Shown in pieces: positions 61,000-64,000 of a DNA stretch of 64,000 bases. Numbering within the stretch: the stretch's first letter is position 1; every line of letters starts with the position of its first letter. The stretch is from Octopus sinensis (lineage: Eukaryota). The stretch spans positions 27,094,001-27,158,000 of the forward strand of contig NC_043018.1 in NCBI RefSeq assembly GCF_006345805.1. The letters run 5' to 3'. Both the position numbers and the translations under genes were made by a program. A model generated the notes under the pieces. The model ran no database searches, was not told the DNA's origin, and saw only the letters and a program-made list of their open reading frames with translations.

Positions 61000-61565
61000 T
61001 TTCTACTGTAGGCACAAGGCCTGAAATTATTGGGGAGGGGACTAGTTGATTACATTGACCCCAGTGCTTAACTGGTACTCATTTCATCGACCCCGAAAGG
61101 GGGAAAGGCAAAGTCAATCTCAGAGGAAGTTGAACTCAGAACATAAAGGTAGATGAAATGCCACTTAACATTTTTGCCCGGTGTGCTAACGTTTCTGCCA
61201 ACTCACCTTCTTACATTCTTATATTCTTTCATTTGTTTCAGTCATTTGACTGCAGCCATGCTGGAGCACTGTCTTTTAGTCAAGTAAATCGACCCCAGGA
61301 TTTATTCTTTGTAAACCTAGTACTTATTCTATTGGTCTCTTTTGCCAAACAGCTAAGTCACTGGTAAACACACAAACACAGACACGCATACATATACATA
61401 TACGAAGGGCTTCTTTCAGTTTCCAACTACCAAATCCACTCACAAGGCTTTGGTTGGCCCGAGGCTATAGTAGAAGACACTTGCCCATGGTGTCATGCAG
61501 TGGGACTGAACCCAGAACCATGTGGTTGGTAAGCAAGCTACTTACCACACACCCACTCTTATGCC
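61000..61565 (-). mobile_element. Decayed SINE-B (61000-61190) and SINE-A (61228-61565)
   Basis: Family matches. Confidence 0.8.
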
Positions 61566-61897
61566 TAATTAATTAAAATATACTATTAATATATAATTAA
61601 GATATAATATTTTTGAAAGAGAAATATAATGTTGATCAATGTTCTTCTAGCATTCATTTTGTTAATACATAAGTGCCACGCAGTGGGATTGAACCCAGAA
61701 CCATGTGATTAGTAAGCAAGCTACTTAACACAAAGCCACTCTTGCACCTATATGTGAAACAATTATTATTGTTATTATAATTATTCTTCTCACTCCCGTT
61801 TTGTTGGAACTCCTGGAATCTTGCATGCATAGCAGACTTGTTATCTGCAGACTATAGTACCAATGCGATCTGTTCTTTTTAATTATCTAATACTTAC

Positions 61898-61982
61898 CTG
61901 ATCATTGTGGCCGTGCCAAGGAGGCAAACCTTGATTATATTGTTATTTTCATGCCATATGTTTACATGGTTGTGTATTACAT
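61898..61982 (-). other. Candidate spliced exon (85 nt)
   Basis: Minus: branch-like CTTGAC, CCTTTTTACAG| acceptor, CAG|GTAAGTAT donor; one open frame (VIHNHVNIWHENNNIIKVCLLGTATMI). Confidence 0.5.
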
Positions 61983-62191
61983 CTGTAAAAAGGCTTTAAA
62001 TGTCAAGGTACAGCATATTTATATAATATTGTTACTTCATGAGAAACATACTTTCAGAGTAAGCAGCTGTTATTGCTGTTTAGCCCTAGGCCAGCTCTAG
62101 TTGAGCAGTCTCAGACTGAAATGTATTTAAGCTGTGATCATTCTATCAGTTTTCTATTTTGTTTTTGGTAATGTATGTTGTATCCCAAAGA

Positions 62192-62678
62192 GGCGTGGCA
62201 GTGTGGTAAGAAGCTTGCTTCCCAACCACATGGTTCCAGGTTCAGTCCCACTGCGTGGCACCTTGGGAAAGTGTCTTCTGCTATAGCCTCGGGCTGACCG
62301 AAGCCTTGTGGGTGGATTTAGTCAATGGAAACTGAGAGAAACCTGTCATATATATATAAAAATTTTAAAAAAACCCACCTTTTATCAATTCGACATTGAA
62401 AAATTTAATTATACTATATAGAAAAGAATTCCATCCTTAGAAAAAATTAAATATAAGATAAAAATATATACCAATGATTAAGTAATGTATGAAATAATAG
62501 ATAAAACATATATATACCAAATATATACGTTTTATTTATTATTTATTATTTATTATTTGAGTATTTCTTTACTATTAGTATTTTAGAATTTATTTTATTA
62601 TTTATTATTTAGTATTTCCAAATTGAATTCTTCCCTGTAATTTTGGAATTATATTCCCTAATATGTGTGTGTGTGTGT

Positions 62679-62719
<41 letters not shown>

Positions 62720-63050
62720 ATATATGTGTGTGTATATATATGTGTGTGTATATATATGTGTGTATATATGTGTATGTATATTTATATGTGTATATATATA
62801 TATATATATTTATATATGTGTATATATATGTATACATCTATGTGTGTGTGTCTTTGTGCCTGTGTTTGTTTCCCATCACTGCTTGACAACTGGTGTTGGT
62901 GTGTTTACACCCCCCATAACTTAGTGGTTCAGCATAAGAGTCTGATAGAATAAGTACTAGGCTTGGATAAATAAGTTCTCGGGTAACCCTTCAAGTTGGT
63001 GCTCCAGCATGGCTGCAGTCTAACAACTGAAACCAGTAAAAGTTAAAAGA
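62192..63050 (+). mobile_element. SINE-A split by about 480 bp of AT-rich and microsatellite sequence
   Basis: Head at 62192-62350, tail at 62830-63050. Confidence 0.7.
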
Positions 63051-63254
63051 TTCAAGATATGTGTATGCACATTTAAAAAAAAAATAAGGTAGATCTTGAC
63101 TGAAATTCAGCTGTTATTTCTAGCATGCTGAAGAACCATGTAGATTCCACCCTCTTCTTTATCCCTTGTAGAATGAACTAAAGGATGTAAGCTTTTAAGT
63201 TTTGAGGTCTTGTCGAGATCTTATATTACTTGTGTTCAGAAGCTTGCTTTCCTG

Positions 63255-63640
63255 GCCTCCATGCCGGTGGCACGTAAAAAGCACCATCCAATCGTGGCCG
63301 TTTGCCAGCCTCCTCTGGCACGTAAAAAGCACCATCCAATCGTGGCCGTTTGCCAGCCTCGTCTGGCACGTAAAAAGCACCCACTACACTCTCGGAGTGG
63401 TTTGGCGTTAGGAATGGCATCCAGCCGTAGAAACATTGCCAAATCAGACTGGGCCTGGTGCAGCCTTCTGACTTCCCAGACCCCTGCTGAACCGTCCAAC
63501 CCATGCTAGCATGGAAAGCAGACGCTAAACAATGATGATGATTCTGGGTTCAGTCCCACTGTGTGGCACCTTGGAAATGTATTTTCTACTAAAAGCCTCG
63601 GGTCGACCAAAGCCTTATGAGTGGATTTGGTAGATGGAAA
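63255..63640 (+). mobile_element. RTE tail (63255-63545) followed by a SINE-A fragment
   Basis: Family matches. Confidence 0.8.
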
Positions 63641-64000
63641 CGTATATATATGATGATGATGATGATGATGTGATGATGATGATGATGATGATTACAAACA
63701 AGGTTTTTTTTTTTTCATAGAGACCATTATGTCACTGATGATGTTTTAAGAGACAAGTTTTTCTTTTTCTTTCTTTAGCTTTTCGCAAAGAGCCCATCAC
63801 ATGTCACCCTACAAAATGCCCCTGTCAAAACCTCTGTGTCAATGATGTCAGTGTGATTGTTGACACAGGCATTATAGGTTCCATCATCATTTCCTTAACT
63901 CCATCCGGGCTGATGTGACATCTCTATAACGACAGAAACCATGACATCACATTTCAATTTTGTTGTTTACTTTTTAAATTTCTGTTATTTTCTTTTCCGT

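Noticed and set aside
61889-61900. ATACTTACCTG, identical to the U1 snRNA 5' end
   Set aside because: Similarity stops after 11 nt; better explained as the reverse complement of a splice donor.

Overview
AT-rich, repeat-saturated eukaryotic DNA. The SINE, LINE and microsatellite content resembles octopus (coleoid cephalopod) genomes; this is my recognition of the repeat families, not a database result. No complete protein-coding gene is visible. Most ORF-track entries are artefacts of microsatellites or SINEs. The recognisable protein-like sequence is decayed transposon material: RTE and CR1-type LINE ORF2 fragments, Tc1/mariner fragments and a Helitron RepHel remnant. The window holds four recurring tRNA-headed SINE families (labelled A-D here), many 5'-truncated RTE tails, several MITE families, two Helitron-type pieces, a 1.9-kb foldback element and two long perfect palindromes. 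The most notable signal is a set of hammerhead-ribozyme (HHR) motifs in Penelope-pLTR/retrozyme-like fragments. One has an intact catalytic core with an unusual 85-nt rod-like stem II (10178-10287, minus); others are decayed relatives or short copies with an extra A. A candidate divergent promoter with splice donors on both strands lies at about 29.2-29.45 kb. A candidate ATG-bearing exon lies at 30961-31143 and a well-formed minus-strand exon at 61898-61982. SINE and LINE boundaries are approximate (about 10 bp).
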